Below, one piece after another: positions 37,184 to 50,760 of a DNA stretch of 64,000 nucleotides; position 1 is the first letter of the stretch; every line of letters begins with the position of its first letter. This stretch comes from Trypethelium eluteriae (lineage: Eukaryota), in assembly GCA_051942245.1 (NCBI GenBank), contig JAVECL010000018.1, positions 1 to 64,000 of the forward strand. Reading direction: 5' to 3'. The notes beneath the pieces were generated by a model. That model was not told where the DNA came from, made no database searches, and saw only the letters and a list, made by a program, of their open reading frames with translations. The translations under genes and the position numbers were made by a program.

Positions 37184-38066
37184 ATGGCGGCGTTGCTTGG
37201 AGGCGGCGATGGCCAAATAGGTCAGATACCCCTAGAGCAGTGGTTCTTTGAGATGCCAGTATGCACGAGATGGTGGACGACGGCAACGGTGGTCACAAGT
37301 GCACTGGTTCAATGTCATATCGTTACGCCATTCCAACTATTCTACAGTTATCGCGCAGTCTTCTACAAGAGTCAGGTATGATAATACTCAGATCAATAAC
37401 CTCGGTGGAAACCTCTTGAGAGGCTGACTTGCATTCGGCGACAGTATTGGCGTCTCGTCACTACCTTCTTTTACTTCGGCCCGCTCAGTCTCGACCTCCT
37501 CTTCCATGTGTTCTTCCTTCAACGGTACGCCCGAATGCTTGAAGAATCATCCGGAAGGTCGCCAGCGCATTTTGCTTGGCTCATAGGTTTTGCCTCGGCC
37601 TTTCTCCTCTGCGTCGCTCCTCTCTTTTCGATGGCATTCTTGGGAAGCGCATTGTCCAGTACACTGGTCTATATCTGGAGCAGGCGCAACCCGGATACGC
37701 GCCTCAGCTTTTTGGGAGTTTTTGTGTTTCGTGCACCATGGCTACCACTCGTGTTGATGCTTGTGTCAGTTCTTTTGCATAGTCATTTACCAAAGGATGA
37801 GATCTTTGGAACCGTTATCGGACACAGTATGTTGATCTCCATTCCAGGATCGTCAACGGCGAAGGATAAGGGCTAATTAATTTTGAACAGTCTGGTATTA
37901 TTTCAACGACATTTATCCTTCACTCTCCGATGGGCACCGGCCATTGGACCCTCCTCAGTGGTGGATCCGTTTATTTGAGGGACCCCCAGCAGATACCGCT
38001 ACTGGAACTGAGGCCGAGCCGATCAATCATGACATTGCGGCGGCAGCTGCACCCGAAGTCAGATGA
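37184..38066 (+). CDS. DER1: Derlin (ERAD membrane protein; 3 exons)
   Basis: PLEQWFFEMPVCTRWWTTA, PFQLFYS, Q|YWRLVTTFFYFG, RYARMLEE, YIWSRRNP, APWLP, GH|WYYFNDIYP. Confidence 0.92.
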
Positions 38067-38733
38067 AGCGAATTCTATCATTATTGGTGCAATGTTTCAA
38101 TAAGACTTGGAAAGGCATGTTCGCTTGGCATGCAGGTAAGGCATGGACATCCCCCGCCCTCTGATTCGCCGATCGTCCGTCGCAACAGGCGAACTCCTTG
38201 TCTAATTGGCCATCTGGTTTCATCTCCTCGGCGCTTCGCTCAGACTTTGTTGCCAGTGCTGCAATGGCCGACCAGCTACAAAAAGCACAGTCAGGTGCAA
38301 CCCTGTGCCTCAGTAGAAATGCGGAGCCAATCTTTGCCTATCAGGACCCCCACGTTGGAACCCTCCTCGTCTGCCCGTTCTCTCGCCTTGGCCTCAATTG
38401 CACACACGCCACAGTTACCTACTCGTTAGGGTTTGGCGGCAATCTCTCCCGAGCGGACCTGCGTCCGCATCGAGGCAAGTCATCTGTCGTCGTTGCTCGT
38501 CCCATCGCTTTATCGTCACGCCAGTACATGATTCTATGCATAAGGAAGGGAGCAACTGGGAATAAGCTTTCGGAGCACGGTGCGACAAGTGACTCTGGTG
38601 ATAATAACGAGGATTGGGTCCTGAATACAAATATCATCGTATTGTTCCTTTGCACTCTCCTGTGGTCCTAAAGCTTCCTGAAGCAACTTTGCAGCCGAGT
38701 TTTTGATTCGCAGCCATTTTAGAGCCTCTCAAC

Positions 38734-39802
38734 ATGGCACTTCTCGTGAAACGTCTTCCTCTTTTTGCTGCGCTGCCGGGCGCTCTTGCCTGGGGGGAGT
38801 TGGGTCACTACACCGTTGGCTATATTGCCCAGAACTTTGTCCAATCCTCTACCGCGTCGTGGGCTAAAGACATTCTTGGCTCTGGGTCTTCCAACACCTC
38901 TTATCTTGCTGCGGTTGCTACATGGGCCGATACATACCGTTATACCTCTGCCGGCGCTTTCTCAGCTCCATTCCATTTCATTGATGCAGAGGACAATCCC
39001 CCTTCTAGCTGCAATGTCGATTATGATCGCGACTGTGGTGATGATGGATGTTCTATCTCTGCCATTCAAAATTACACCACCCGTGTTCAGGACGGCCGGC
39101 ATACTCAGGCGGATCGTCAAATGTCGCTAAAATGGATCATCCACATCATCGGCGACATCCATCAACCGCTCCACGACGAGGCTCTCGAGGTTGGCGGCAA
39201 TGACATTGATGTCAATTTCGGCAGCGATGACAGCACCAATCTCCACCACATCTGGGATACCGAGATGCCAGAGAAGCTTGTCGGTGGATATTCCCTCAGT
39301 GATGCGGAAAGCTGGGCTACCACCCTCACCAGCGACATCAAGAGCGGTACCTACAAGAGTCAGGCTGCTAGCTGGTTAGACGGTATCGATCTTAGCGATC
39401 CGGTTACCACCACCATGAACTGGGCAACTGAGGCCAACGCCGACGTCTGTACCATCGTCATGCCCAAAGGCGAATCGTACTATGTGAACAAGGATCTGTC
39501 TACCTCGTACTACACAGGTGCTATCAGCACTGTCGAGCTTCAGATTGCTAGGGGTATGTTGTCAATCCGCTTTTCCATCCTTGCTCATACTTATGTTAAT
39601 CTATTTCATGACAGCCGGATACCGTCTTGCCAAATGGCTCGACCTCATTGCTGCCAACGACTCGAAACGCAAGCGTGATCTCGCCGAGGGCGTTACGCCA
39701 GCACCACTGCCAGAGGTCGCTGCTCCGCCCAAACCAAGCCGTCTTAGTCGCGCGAAGATGGCAAGGGCGGCCAGAGGGTATAACTGCAATCACGCTCACT
39801 GA
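38734..39802 (+). CDS. Secreted S1/P1 nuclease (one intron near 39554-39613)
   Basis: Signal peptide, then WGELGH, WADTYR, HFIDAED, HIIGDIHQPLH, NLHHIWD, QIA.AGYRLAKWLD. Confidence 0.92.
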
Positions 39803-40295
39803 CGGGTTCTCTGATTCTATTTTTGTGCTGACGAGGGATGTGCGGGGCATTTTCCACTCAATGCAGAGGTCTGACGGATCCTGCGAACGAGTTCGGCATA
39901 TCTAAGATTAGCCAAACTTAGAGCTTTACCGTTGATAATAGATGATACACGATGAAATTCACTTATCTTCCTGTTATTTGTTAGGCAAACCGCTTTTAGT
40001 ATAACTCTACCTATAACTCAAGACGACGAAGCTAGCTAACCCTAATTGCTCAAGCTTTCCTACGGCCGACTTGTCTGCGTTCAGCCTGGCAGGGCGTTCT
40101 GCTCAATCGGAAAAGAACCGGAAACGAAAAAGAACGAGAAGAAAAGTGAAGCAAGAGACTATTCCTGCAGTCAGAGTTGCAAGCGAGCCACACCTATCGA
40201 AGGTCTCAGTTTTTGGTCGTGTCTAGCCCGAGAGCCCTCCTGAGTGCGGATTGCTACCAGTAGTCTACGATATTGGAAGTTTCTCAACAACCCGG

Positions 40296-43248
40296 TCACC
40301 CTTGTACCAACCTCCCAGCAGGCCAGATGCTGAGCAGCAATACCATGCCAATTACGACCAGAGAAGGCCATAGAGGCCTGTTCAAGTCCCTCAGAGTAAA
40401 GATCAAAGCAATGAGATCATAGACAATGATTACACCAATCATGAGAACGTAGGATATGCATCCGAGGAGCGCTTCCGGGTAGGTTATCTCGCTAATCTTT
40501 GCCAATCGTGCCCTTTTCAGAGCCTGAGCTATTTCTTGTCGGTTTGTCCAGCTTGTCGAGCGTTTGCAATGCATGTAGATCTCGTCGGATGAGAATCCCA
40601 TCGGTGAGGAAGGGAGTAGCTCAACTATGATATCGATGACACGGGCCTTGAGCAATTCCGCCTGGTGGAGTAGCGTCAAAAGATAGGACACCGGTCCAGA
40701 TGGTAAGTCTGCGGATCCTACATCGATGTCGTCTACATCTACGTCACCATTCCCCATATCCCGTGCCGCTATAGCATCCGTGCTTCCGGCTGACTGAACG
40801 ATGAGCAGGGTCGCCTCATCTTCCGCGGCCGATATTATGGTGCGCTCCTGGTCCTCTATCCAGTGTAGTCCGTGGAGGACAGAGTGGCGGGGATGGCTCG
40901 CTCTGTTGGAGGATTGAGCAATTTGCAACGCTGATCTACCTGCTCCGTCCCGGTGGTTGACTGCCTGTTCCTGATTTCCGACCTGATTCAGGATGAGCCC
41001 GACGCACTCTGACCTTCCGAGCTCGACAGCTAATGTAAGCCAAGTGTAGTTCATGATCGACTGGAAGTGCTCTCGAGTCGTTTTAAACATATCTTTGATC
41101 GTAAAGTCCGCAGGAGGCCCGTTGTCCAGTAGCTCTTCGAGTATCTCAATACTATTGTTATAGAGCGCCCACAAAACATAGCTTTTGCCGAATAACACAC
41201 TTCGAGGGCCATAGAGCCTACATGGACTGAGAAGTTTGTTTTTGAGAAGGATCTGTGGAGCATCCGATCGATTTTCTAGGGCTCGACTACTTTCAAGGGT
41301 TTCAGCAAGCGGGTCAAAGCCGTCATCATCCTGAACTTGGTCCTCCGCAGAACTCAAGTTGTCGACAAGCTGGATATTAGTCCTTAGGAAAGGTGCGAGC
41401 ATCGCTGGTGTGCCTTTGCTAGCTAGTGTTTTATGAAGTTAGACCGCTCTTTGAAGTCTGCACCTTCAACTTCGTGAGCAATTCCCTCAATATCCAAGAT
41501 TGATTTCAGCACAGAGTCCGGAGAGCTTTGCTCATTCGTGCTTATGGTTGATCGAAAGCTGTGCGCATACGCCAATAAAGCTTCCCGGAAACTTCGATCT
41601 GCATGCGCTAGGACTGCCACATACCAAAGACCTCTTCCCGACAAATCTTCCGAGGTCCATGACTGGGATTGATGAAAGAGACAGTATCTCAGTTCCTCGA
41701 AACTTAGAGGTCCTTCCATAAGAGCAGTAATTAGAGACTCGTTAATATTCCCTTTATATAGGCCGTATCGGTGATAGATTGCGAAATCCAGCCCAAAAAG
41801 GGATTTGCATGAAATACTGAAGACATCTAAGGAAATGGCATCGTGATCTAGTAGTGTTTGGAGATATCGATGTGCAGACTGGAGAAGCATGTCCGGCCGG
41901 TCGTTAGCCCAATAAGATGACATTTTCAAGAAGAAAATGGTCACTGCTTTCGCCCTTCATAAAGTTAGCGTTGGTATTTTAAATTTAATCTATGGTCTGA
42001 GGCCGTATACATACGATCCTGGTGCACCTTGATCGATCAAGAAGGAAAGCAGCTCCTCATGTTTAGAAAGAACATTACTACACGGTGCGAACCCCACAAA
42101 AGTACCCAGCAATACCTAAAAACTCAGTCACCAAGACAACTACGGATTTCAGTGGCAGCAGGCTTACTTCGAACAAGGTGACCGGTTCATTCATCCTTAT
42201 ATCCATAACCATATCGTTCGGCCGAGCCCGATTGGTCTCAAAAAGCTGCTTCAGTTGCAATAGATCAAGGCGGTGGAGGGCTTCTAATAGTTTCGGGCTG
42301 TGGTTGACTGAAATCGGCTGTAAAGTGACTCTTGGCCTCATCCCCATAAGAAATGACTGGCTCGATTGATCGATATTTACCAGGAGAGCGGTTCGAGACA
42401 GCCATGGCGGGGCCAGAAAGGCCAGTTTCAGTCGCTTGGTATTGCGTCCTTGACTTGACGTAGTTCTGTTAGCGGACTGCACTTCGAAAGCTTTGACGGA
42501 TACCAACCCTAAATTGAAGTCGCGTTTCTTCTCTTTCGGATGACGCTTCACGAAACCGAGCCTCCGGTTGCTGTTTTGGTTGCCTATATATTCTTCAGAT
42601 GCTAAAGATGGAAGTGACTGCTGTTGGTGGGTGATAGATCTGAACAAGCGCATTTGCGAAGACATGAATCTGGAAAGCCCTTTTGTCTCGTCGAGAATCT
42701 GCCGAGTATTTTGGTTCAGATGGTCAATCTTGCAGCTAAGTTGGTATTAGCCTAGGATTAAATTCTGGGCACAAACTTGATTGCACGGCAACGTACGTAT
42801 TCAGAAGAGTATGCACCATATCCAGATACATGATATATGTCCCAATCCTGCCACGAAACTCCTGGACTGTACTTTCGGCCAACACATGCTGCACCTTCGC
42901 TTTAAATCCCACCCCGACCGTGAGGGTAGACTTGGCACTGGATCGATTGACAACCATGTGAAGTTCCCGCAACTCTTTCTCCAGTCGCTCGATGAAGCTT
43001 TCGCAAATGATTCGGAGTGTGTGAGGATCCTCTGCAGCTTCATCTCTAGAGAATCGAGCTTGGATAGCGATTGAGAGAGCGCGTAGCTTTTCCAAATCAT
43101 CGTTCAGTTCGAGAATACTCCTCGGCGCGTCTTTGAACTTCCTCCGTACTTCAAGGAGCTTCGTCGAAACCTCAGATATGGCATCTACGAGCGTGATCAG
43201 GCTGGCACCAAGGCCGGTGAAAGCCAGTACAGCGGAAAGTGGATCCAT
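40296..43248 (-). CDS. Multi-exon protein: N-terminal helical STAND-type (HeLo-like/SesA-like) domain, ankyrin-like repeats, C-terminal TM helices
   Basis: N-terminus MDPLSAVLAFTGLGASLITLVDAI...FKDAPRSILELNDDLEKL. Ankyrin-like TWLTLAVELGRSECVGLIL and VNHRDGAGRSALQIA. Hydrophobic C-terminus. Exon boundaries approximate. Confidence 0.6.
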
Positions 43249-45892
43249 CGTCCTCTTTACCGTCGAGAAGATAAAACTATCGCTTTCGACCAAGTCAAAA
43301 TTCGTCGTATAAGCTGTGAAGGGTGTGTGACTGCTATGCTTGCACTTTTCATCCTGCTTGATCTCTGACTATAATGTAAAGTTTTCGATCAGGCTGAAGG
43401 GTTACATCACCTCCGATAGCTCTGCATGTTGACGTAAGCTTAGGTAGGAATTCGCTCACATGCAATCAAGGTGTCTTAGTGTCCTACAAGGATCGAACGC
43501 CCGTAATCAGAGCATAGCTGACTACAGTCTGCGCATATAGCTTTCCCAAAAACTTGCAGTAGATTTGCTGCATCGTCGCCGATGGAGAAAGAATGTATGG
43601 CAGAATCCTGAGTGACGCCTCAACTGAGAGTGGCATCAGGTCGTCCTAGACTTCTGCCTACAAGCGGTTGCCTTTGAGTGAGGCTAGATTTGTTTGCGCC
43701 TGACTCCCTCAATTCATGATGAGATTCTGGCCACCGGCAGACACGTCACACTTCACTCCTTTCCCCGCTCTAAGCTCCCTGAGACCGGAACACACTTAAC
43801 AAAATAAATCTGCAGACTATACGTCTATACTTGCGTACCGATGATCTCCAGGCTCGCTTTCGCCGCCAACTCGTATCATTGGTCGTATGTCCGCCCAAGA
43901 GACGCCCGACAGGTCATCACCCTAAAGTTCTGTCAAGCGGTCGCGCCTTCTTTCGACGCCGCCATGCCGTCGATCAAATCCACATCGTCTGAACCCGAGA
44001 CAACAACCGTGTCTTCAAGGATTGCGATGGGCTTGCCGTCGGGGTAGTCCTACATGTCGTTCCGCATGCAGTAGATCTTGGCTGCCGTCGATTGGGTGCC
44101 TCCTCGCCATTATTCTTATGCAGTATCGAAAATGTCAAGTGAATGAGGGCTGGTATATATTTCATGAATGTGTGATGAGACGCAGAAGTGCGAATTCCTG
44201 TTAGGGCCAATTTTCAACAATTACCAGAGAAAAAGAGTCGGCAAGGAAGGTGACGAGAATTGAGTCGCAACTGATTTGAGCCATGGTCAATGCGTGTACT
44301 GTCCGGTGTCAACAGCCGACTCGCGGGTAAGCGAGCATATCGTAGTGCATACTCTATACGGGGAAGACGAATGTCTGAGTATTCCTGTACTCTAGTGTCT
44401 CAAACCCCACGACTACTAAAGTTTCGAGGTCCGTCAAGGGATTTCTTGCGCTCTACTTCATTGGGAGTCTGCAGGAGAAAGTAGAGTATACTCGTACGAG
44501 AATATTGCCCATATCGCGACGAGATCGTGCGGACTTGCGAGCTGAGAAGGAGAGGTGGTCCAACTTGAGACTGGCGAAAGGGCGCGGATGTCTGTGCAGC
44601 AAGCCATGCCGGAGAGCTCGAAACTCTGGCGAACTCTGCCTGCCTGCCCCATCCCCCTCTGCCCACCATGTCTGTATGATATCGTAAAACTCGCATGCAC
44701 GTGCCGCCAACACCTTGTTAGATCCTTTAGTTACTTGACCACTCTTCAGTATTTCCATCAACGGACAACACGTTGGGACTCCAGAAAGCTGACTTCTCTC
44801 GTCCTTGCGTTCAAGTTGTACCCCTTGCACTGGTGGGGCTGCCTCGCACAGACTTCAAGTCACGTGCTATCACCGTTATCGTAGAAGAGTGGTTCGTGCG
44901 AGGCAGCCCACAACACCAGTGCAAGGGGTATCCTAAGTGTCCCAAGAACTGTACTAGAGTATTCAACTTTCAAGAACTTCCTGGATCCTGTCTGTCGAGA
45001 TTCCTGCATGACCAAATTGAGCAGGCGACTAGATCGGAACTGTCTGAATTCATGAGAAGCCTGCACAACTGGCTGAGGCGGGTTGTCAACAAAGATCGTC
45101 ACACGGTGGGGAGGTGTGGAAGATGCGAGAAGCGATTAGATACAGAAAATCAACTTAGGCCGTGGGATCCGCCTCGAAGATAGCAGTATAGCCGCGAAGG
45201 GTTTGTCTTCAGGTTCGACTATCGTATACGTAGATTAGCGAGGAGCACAGACTAGCATGCATCGCTTTGTTGTTTTTCGACTTTCTAAAGGTACTCTAAC
45301 GGGGCGACTCTCCGAACGCGCCAGGTCAGCACAGTTACACATTGTTGTTGAAGAGGCACTTGCAGCGCTCATCGATGTTCGCAGCTGTTACCATTCATCT
45401 CTGCGGCTCTACAGCGCAAGGCTGCCGCATCTCCTTTCTCTCTATCTCTCTTTAGATATGTTCGGGTTAGGCACAAAGTCCAATGCTCTAGCCTTCGGTC
45501 TTTGACAACAGCAGCCGCATGCAGGAAGTAGAGCTAATTAGCCTTTGTTTTCACCGAATTCGGACAATAGAGTAAAATCATTTATCCATTACCTTTGTCC
45601 CCGCTTGTTCTTCTCGAATCCTCTCTAGATCGATGTTCTTCTTGATGTGAGATTCGAGCAGGCAGTTCTATCGTGTGATTTCGAGTAATGTGCGCGATCA
45701 GCACCTATAGCTACAGTACATAAAGATCCCCGTCCCCATGGCGAAATCTATAAGCTTTTACCACATATTTGTTACCATCAGTTCTCTAACATACAGCAAT
45801 ACTGGGGCGTAGGGTCTTACGCTACTCGCATCTGGTCTGTTTCTTACATAAACAGTTCCGTACCCTGGCGCGCGATCTGCAAGCTCACTACC

Positions 45893-46699
45893 ATGGCCCC
45901 CTTGGATGACGACCAACTTGCGACCCCCTTCGCGAAAGACCAATATCCTCCTGAAAAGATTGCAGAAGCTCTTGCCTACATGGACAATACAACACCAGCT
46001 GGATACATTGCCGCTGTTCAATGGTTTTATCTATGGCACAACACGCATTGGTATTGTTTTGGACAGCGGGGTGGACTTGAATACGGAATTAAAAATCAAC
46101 TCTGGGATGATTTTCAAGACCTTAAATACGATGACGATCACGAAAAACACATTCGAGTCTCTTTAGATCAACGGCAAACAGACGAGCAGATGGTTGGCAA
46201 CGTCTTTTCTCTTCACCGTTTTGTCGAGAGTCCATTACAGTCTGGTTCTGCGGCAACTGGATCGGAGCCTTCTATGACTCAATCGGCAGGACAAAACGAA
46301 GCCACTTCAAGTTGCGTCAAGGTGCTCTCACGCTTCTTCCAAGTAGGTAGATTGTGGACCAGACCACATGAGGGGGCTCTGATAACGCCAACACGCTTTA
46401 CTGTTGTGAAGGCTACGGGCCCGCCTGAGTGTGCGGGACTATGGATCATCGCTTTACCACCTACAGAGGAACGCAATCGAGATTTTGATGCGGGACCACC
46501 AACACCTGATTTTGACCGGGAGATGTCAGAAGAGGAGGTTGCTGAGATGCGCAGCAGTCGTACTGCCATTCTCGAAGGCTTCCCAGAACCGATATCATAT
46601 GCGCGTATCAAAGAAGATGAACAAAGGAAGGAGTTTGCTATAGTGGATCCTGTCGTAAGCAGCTTTGTGATCAGCAGTATAGTTTGGCATGTTGGTTGA
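45893..46699 (+). CDS. Hypothetical protein (possibly spliced to the downstream ORF via a GTAAGC donor at ~46655)
   Basis: 268-aa ATG-initiated ORF with protein-like composition. Confidence 0.5.
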   Translation: MAPLDDDQLATPFAKDQYPPEKIAEALAYMDNTTPAGYIAAVQWFYLWHNTHWYCFGQRGGLEYGIKNQLWDDFQDLKYDDDHEKHIRVSLDQRQTDEQMVGNVFSLHRFVESPLQSGSAATGSEPSMTQSAGQNEATSSCVKVLSRFFQVGRLWTRPHEGALITPTRFTVVKATGPPECAGLWIIALPPTEERNRDFDAGPPTPDFDREMSEEEVAEMRSSRTAILEGFPEPISYARIKEDEQRKEFAIVDPVVSSFVISSIVWHVG

Positions 46700-46847
46700 G
46701 AGGAGGAGATTGCCAGGCAAGCAAAAAGACTTTTGAAGCAAACAACCCAGCCGCGCCGGCTCTTCTGCTTGATAGACTAGAGGATAAATAAATATAGGAA
46801 GTAATGTAATGACTGAAGCATACTGTTATAATTTATCCCACTGAGAG

Positions 46848-48147
46848 ATGGCGGCCAGCGAAATACCTGTTTGGCTGGAGTTCATTGATTGGTCCCGACC
46901 TACTTTGTATATCATTGACGCACGTGAATTCGAAAAGGACCACCAACATTGGCTCGACCAAAGCACAAAGGGACAGCACTTCTCAAAAGTCAATACGATG
47001 CTTGAAGAGATCCAGCGATGCTTGGACCACTTTCGTCGCAATGTGAATGACGCGACGAAAGCCATCAATGAAATCCGTCGAAATCGAAACCTAGACATTT
47101 ATCCAGCGTTTCGACTTTGGCGTCTTTTGTCCCGTGTGATCATGCAGCATATCGAAATGTTGTTGGGCTTTGTCTTATACATAGACAAAGAAAGGAAGAG
47201 ACGTGACGAATTGAAACAGATCAAGAACAAACAAATCGACTGTATTCGGAAGAACATCTCCACATTGAAAAGAGCTTTGGGCGCCAAATTCTCTGACTGC
47301 GCCATCAAGCTGAATGGTAAGCACATAGTAATACTGAAATTCTTGACCTGCCACTTTTTACTCAATTGTTGCAGCAAGCGATCGTGAAACATTTAGAGCC
47401 GCCAAAGGCAGATGGATTTGCCGTGTTCCTCAAGAACTGCTGCTTCTTATTCTTCGAGTTCGATACGAGACACAAGCCGCAACATGCAGGAAGGACGGAA
47501 TGTCTGACTCTGCTCGTTTACGAGCGTTCCTCGACTCTCTTCGAAGCGAGCAATGGGAGTCGTTAGTAGAACCTACCGATCCTACCAAGAAGAATTCCAT
47601 CAGCCCTCCGCCCCTAGTGCCACAAACCTTTTGCTTTGACGAGACCCGGAAAAGACTGGGCATATCTAGGCCTACATGGGCAGACGGGAAATCCGCGGGC
47701 AAGCATGCCTGGCGAGAATTCCTCATAGAATCCAGAGACAAGAGAGTGTCCCATGGAACTGTCCAAGCGGAGCTGAAGAAGGCGCAGATTCTTTCCGACT
47801 GTGTTAGGAAGAAGTACCCCGAAGAAAGGACTCTTCAGCAGGAAGAATGGGAAAGCATCCAATTCGAATTTCGAAACAAATACCACGGCGAACTGCGGCG
47901 CTACCAGAGGCATACCTGGCAAGCCACCAACGCTTGGGCAAGAGCAAAGAGTCAATGCTGGCGGGATAGATGTTACTACGATGCTGAGCTCGTGGAAAGC
48001 AATGGTGCCTGGGATCCAACGGACACAAGACCAATGGGCAACAGGCCTTCTGGAACCTGTGCAGAGAATTGTCTTCATGCCGAGGAAACTGAATGGAGAG
48101 TGGCGCAGGATGAAGGGAAGTTCGAAAGGTATATTCAATGCGAATGA
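46848..48147 (+). CDS. Hypothetical protein (intron ~47317-47374) with a C-terminal Cys/GTCAE motif
   Basis: A GTAAGC...TGCAG intron joins the 46848 ORF in frame to the 47500 ORF. Confidence 0.6.
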
Positions 48148-49012
48148 ATCGTAGACCGTAGAAAGCTGATGAAACAGATAGATTAACTCAGCGACGACAG
48201 AGTGACTGCAACGACTGGTTTCTATTGTTCACGAGCGAAGTAGATCCAGTGGATTTGAAGATGGATGTTTGAGGAGATTTTTGGATAGACTACTGTAGCC
48301 CAGTCTGATCCATGGATGCTCCTTTGAAGAGTTTCTAAGAACTTAGGTAGTCAACAAACATTTCTGCAATTAAATTTCAGCGTCTTCTGTGTGAAAGTAC
48401 CGTGTTTATCAGCAATACGGTCAATGTTGTTGATCGTATCGACAACTCACGATGAAGCAATGCAATGATCTTATCCGGGCTTCAACCACGACTCCTTGCT
48501 CTACCGAGAGGCGTTCTGGCAAGACAGCGACATGTCTCAGAGGTGCTCTTCAGGTCGGCGCTAGCAGCAGTCAGAAAAATCCGATCCGAGCCATCCCGGC
48601 TAAACGCTTACGAAGAGTGCGACATCGGATCAGATATTCTAGAGAAAGCCTCCAGTCCTAGGGAAGATTAGTTGGGTTTCTAAGTCGAGAAGCCTCACAA
48701 GGCAAGTCCACACGGAGATTGATCCAGGCAAGGCTCTCGACCCCCGACGAAGTTACGGATGGGTGGCTGAGATGCGTGACTTGGAAGCAAAATGAATTAG
48801 GCCTTATTCCGCCTCCCCGATATCATGATCCAGATATTGTTCACGTATCCCAACATAAAGGAAAGACTGAGCACTAAATTAAATATCGGAGTGCTTAATG
48901 AAAGTAGAGGTTGATTTAACCTGATCTCTCGTATCTTTGCTTTCTTAAAGCCCTACGATTTTCGCTTCTCATGATAGAGGGCATAGCCTTGTGACGACGG
49001 ACTGATTCGTAC

Positions 49013-49684
49013 CTATTCGTAATAATCTCCCTTGACCACCGCAAGTAAAAATCCGTCGAACATCTCCTGAGCAGTGCCTTTGTGGTCGGAGACTGTTGGA
49101 ATAAGTGTCGCAGTCACTTTCTTCTCTTTGCCTACTTTCGTCACCAATGATTCTTCATGCTCACCCAGATTTTCGCTCTCCAAAAGCTCTCGAACAACAT
49201 TATCGACATAGATGCATCCGCCCACCCTCGTCAATTTCACTGCCCATTGAAAGTAGTCCCACTGCTCGCCCCAGTCCGCATCGATGAAAATGAAATCGAA
49301 TTTGCGACCTCCGGCGGCAAGCGAAGGCAGCACGTCAAGTGCAGCGCCCAGGATGATTTCGACGTCGAGGCCTTTGGTGTTTTCGAGCGCGACATCCCGG
49401 TGTTTGGGATTGATTTCAATGCTTGTAACCTTGGCACCGGTGCTCGCGAACCAGATTGACGAGTAGCCTCCCAACGTGCCGATTTCAAGCACTGATTTGG
49501 CATTGATGAGTTGGCATTGGATGGCGAGGTATTGGCCCTGGAGAGGGGAGATGGTTATTGGTGGGAGGTCGTGAGACTTAGAATTGCTAAGTGCACGGTC
49601 AAGCTGTGAATTCGATCGCAGGAGGCTGGTCCGTGCTTGGGCGTGGATTTTGCCTGCTTGGTGGAGTTTGTCGGTTGAGGACAT
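49013..49684 (-). CDS. SAM-dependent O-methyltransferase, family 3 (CCoAOMT/MdmC-like)
   Basis: LPPITISPLQGQYL, VLEIGTLGGYSSIW, FDFIFIDAD, GGCIYVDNVVR, FDGFLLAVV. Confidence 0.9.
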   Translation of the reverse strand: MSSTDKLHQAGKIHAQARTSLLRSNSQLDRALSNSKSHDLPPITISPLQGQYLAIQCQLINAKSVLEIGTLGGYSSIWFASTGAKVTSIEINPKHRDVALENTKGLDVEIILGAALDVLPSLAAGGRKFDFIFIDADWGEQWDYFQWAVKLTRVGGCIYVDNVVRELLESENLGEHEESLVTKVGKEKKVTATLIPTVSDHKGTAQEMFDGFLLAVVKGDYYE

Positions 49685-49989
49685 TTTCGAAATTCTGCAC
49701 AGCAATAATTATATTGGGCTATTGCAATATTGGCAAGATTTCCTCCTTGTATAGATCAACACTGCCGGGGAAATCTATCTAAGGGTTTCTTTCATATATC
49801 AACGATTACGCCGAAAGCTCGGCCGATGCCTCGGCCGAGTTTCTGTGTAGTTCTACTCTTAGACTCTGACTCACACGGTGATCCGGCCAATGAATTTGGT
49901 CGATTTTTAATGGTCTATAGACAATAGCGCTCAGTAAATATCAGGCATCTACCTGTAGTCATGCAACAGCCTATGATACTTCGGTGGTT

Positions 49990-50760
49990 TACAACCGCTT
50001 CATCACTGGAGAAAGAGACGGGGGTAAGATCCCATGCTGAGTATGGAATAAATTTCCAATACAAGATGGCATGTTTGTGACTCATAGAACAACGGAGATA
50101 AGAGAAGAAAATTCAGCTCCCCACTGGAGAGTGAACCGATCTGAAATTGATTTAAGAGGTTATATCTTTGACGAGGTGGAGAGAGTACCTACAGCTATTC
50201 GACGTGGACCGAGCGCTCAGTCCTATCCCAAATCATGCCTAGCTTCAGTACCTTATGCGCCAGCTAGCTCGCGTTTGGTTCCGAGCATTCGAAGTCTCTG
50301 TACGAAAATACTGCGACTTTCATCGGTCTTTGAAAGATCACCATATGCTTAACCATCTTCAATCTCCGTCACAAGCTAAGCCTAGCCTTGTCCCTTATTT
50401 CATAGGGAGATTTACCTTCTTCGTCGCGTAAGCGTCCACTTGAAGCGCTGCCAGAGGCATCAACTCTAGATGGAGTTGGCTCGCAGCTACGTGTACGCCG
50501 GGGATTAGTATTTCCCGAAACTTGCAATTGTTCTCTCAGCGTGGAGAATATATTATGGAGATGTAACTGGCTTTGGATGGCTTGGCGCTGTGATGCTTCG
50601 ACTACCACGACTTCCGCAAACTCCCGGACGTTGAGTACGGAAAGAGTGTCAAAGTTGGGCCCTTCAGACGGATGTCCTCAGTAGTGCATAGTACCACCGC
50701 GTTAGCAAGGTACTTTCTCCTCCTTGGAGCCGCGACTCACGCGATGCTTCTCTGTCTGTA
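49990..50760 (-). pseudogene. Disrupted relic of an uncharacterised fungal gene
   Basis: Protein-like stretch GPTFDTLSVLNVREFAEVVV...PYEIRDKARLSL*...HMVIFQRPMKVAVF, interrupted by stops and frameshifts. Confidence 0.3.

Noticed and set aside
44555..45183. RING/IBR-like Cys-rich ORFs
   Set aside because: The Cys/His spacing is incomplete and split across frames, so no call can be supported. It may be a relic.
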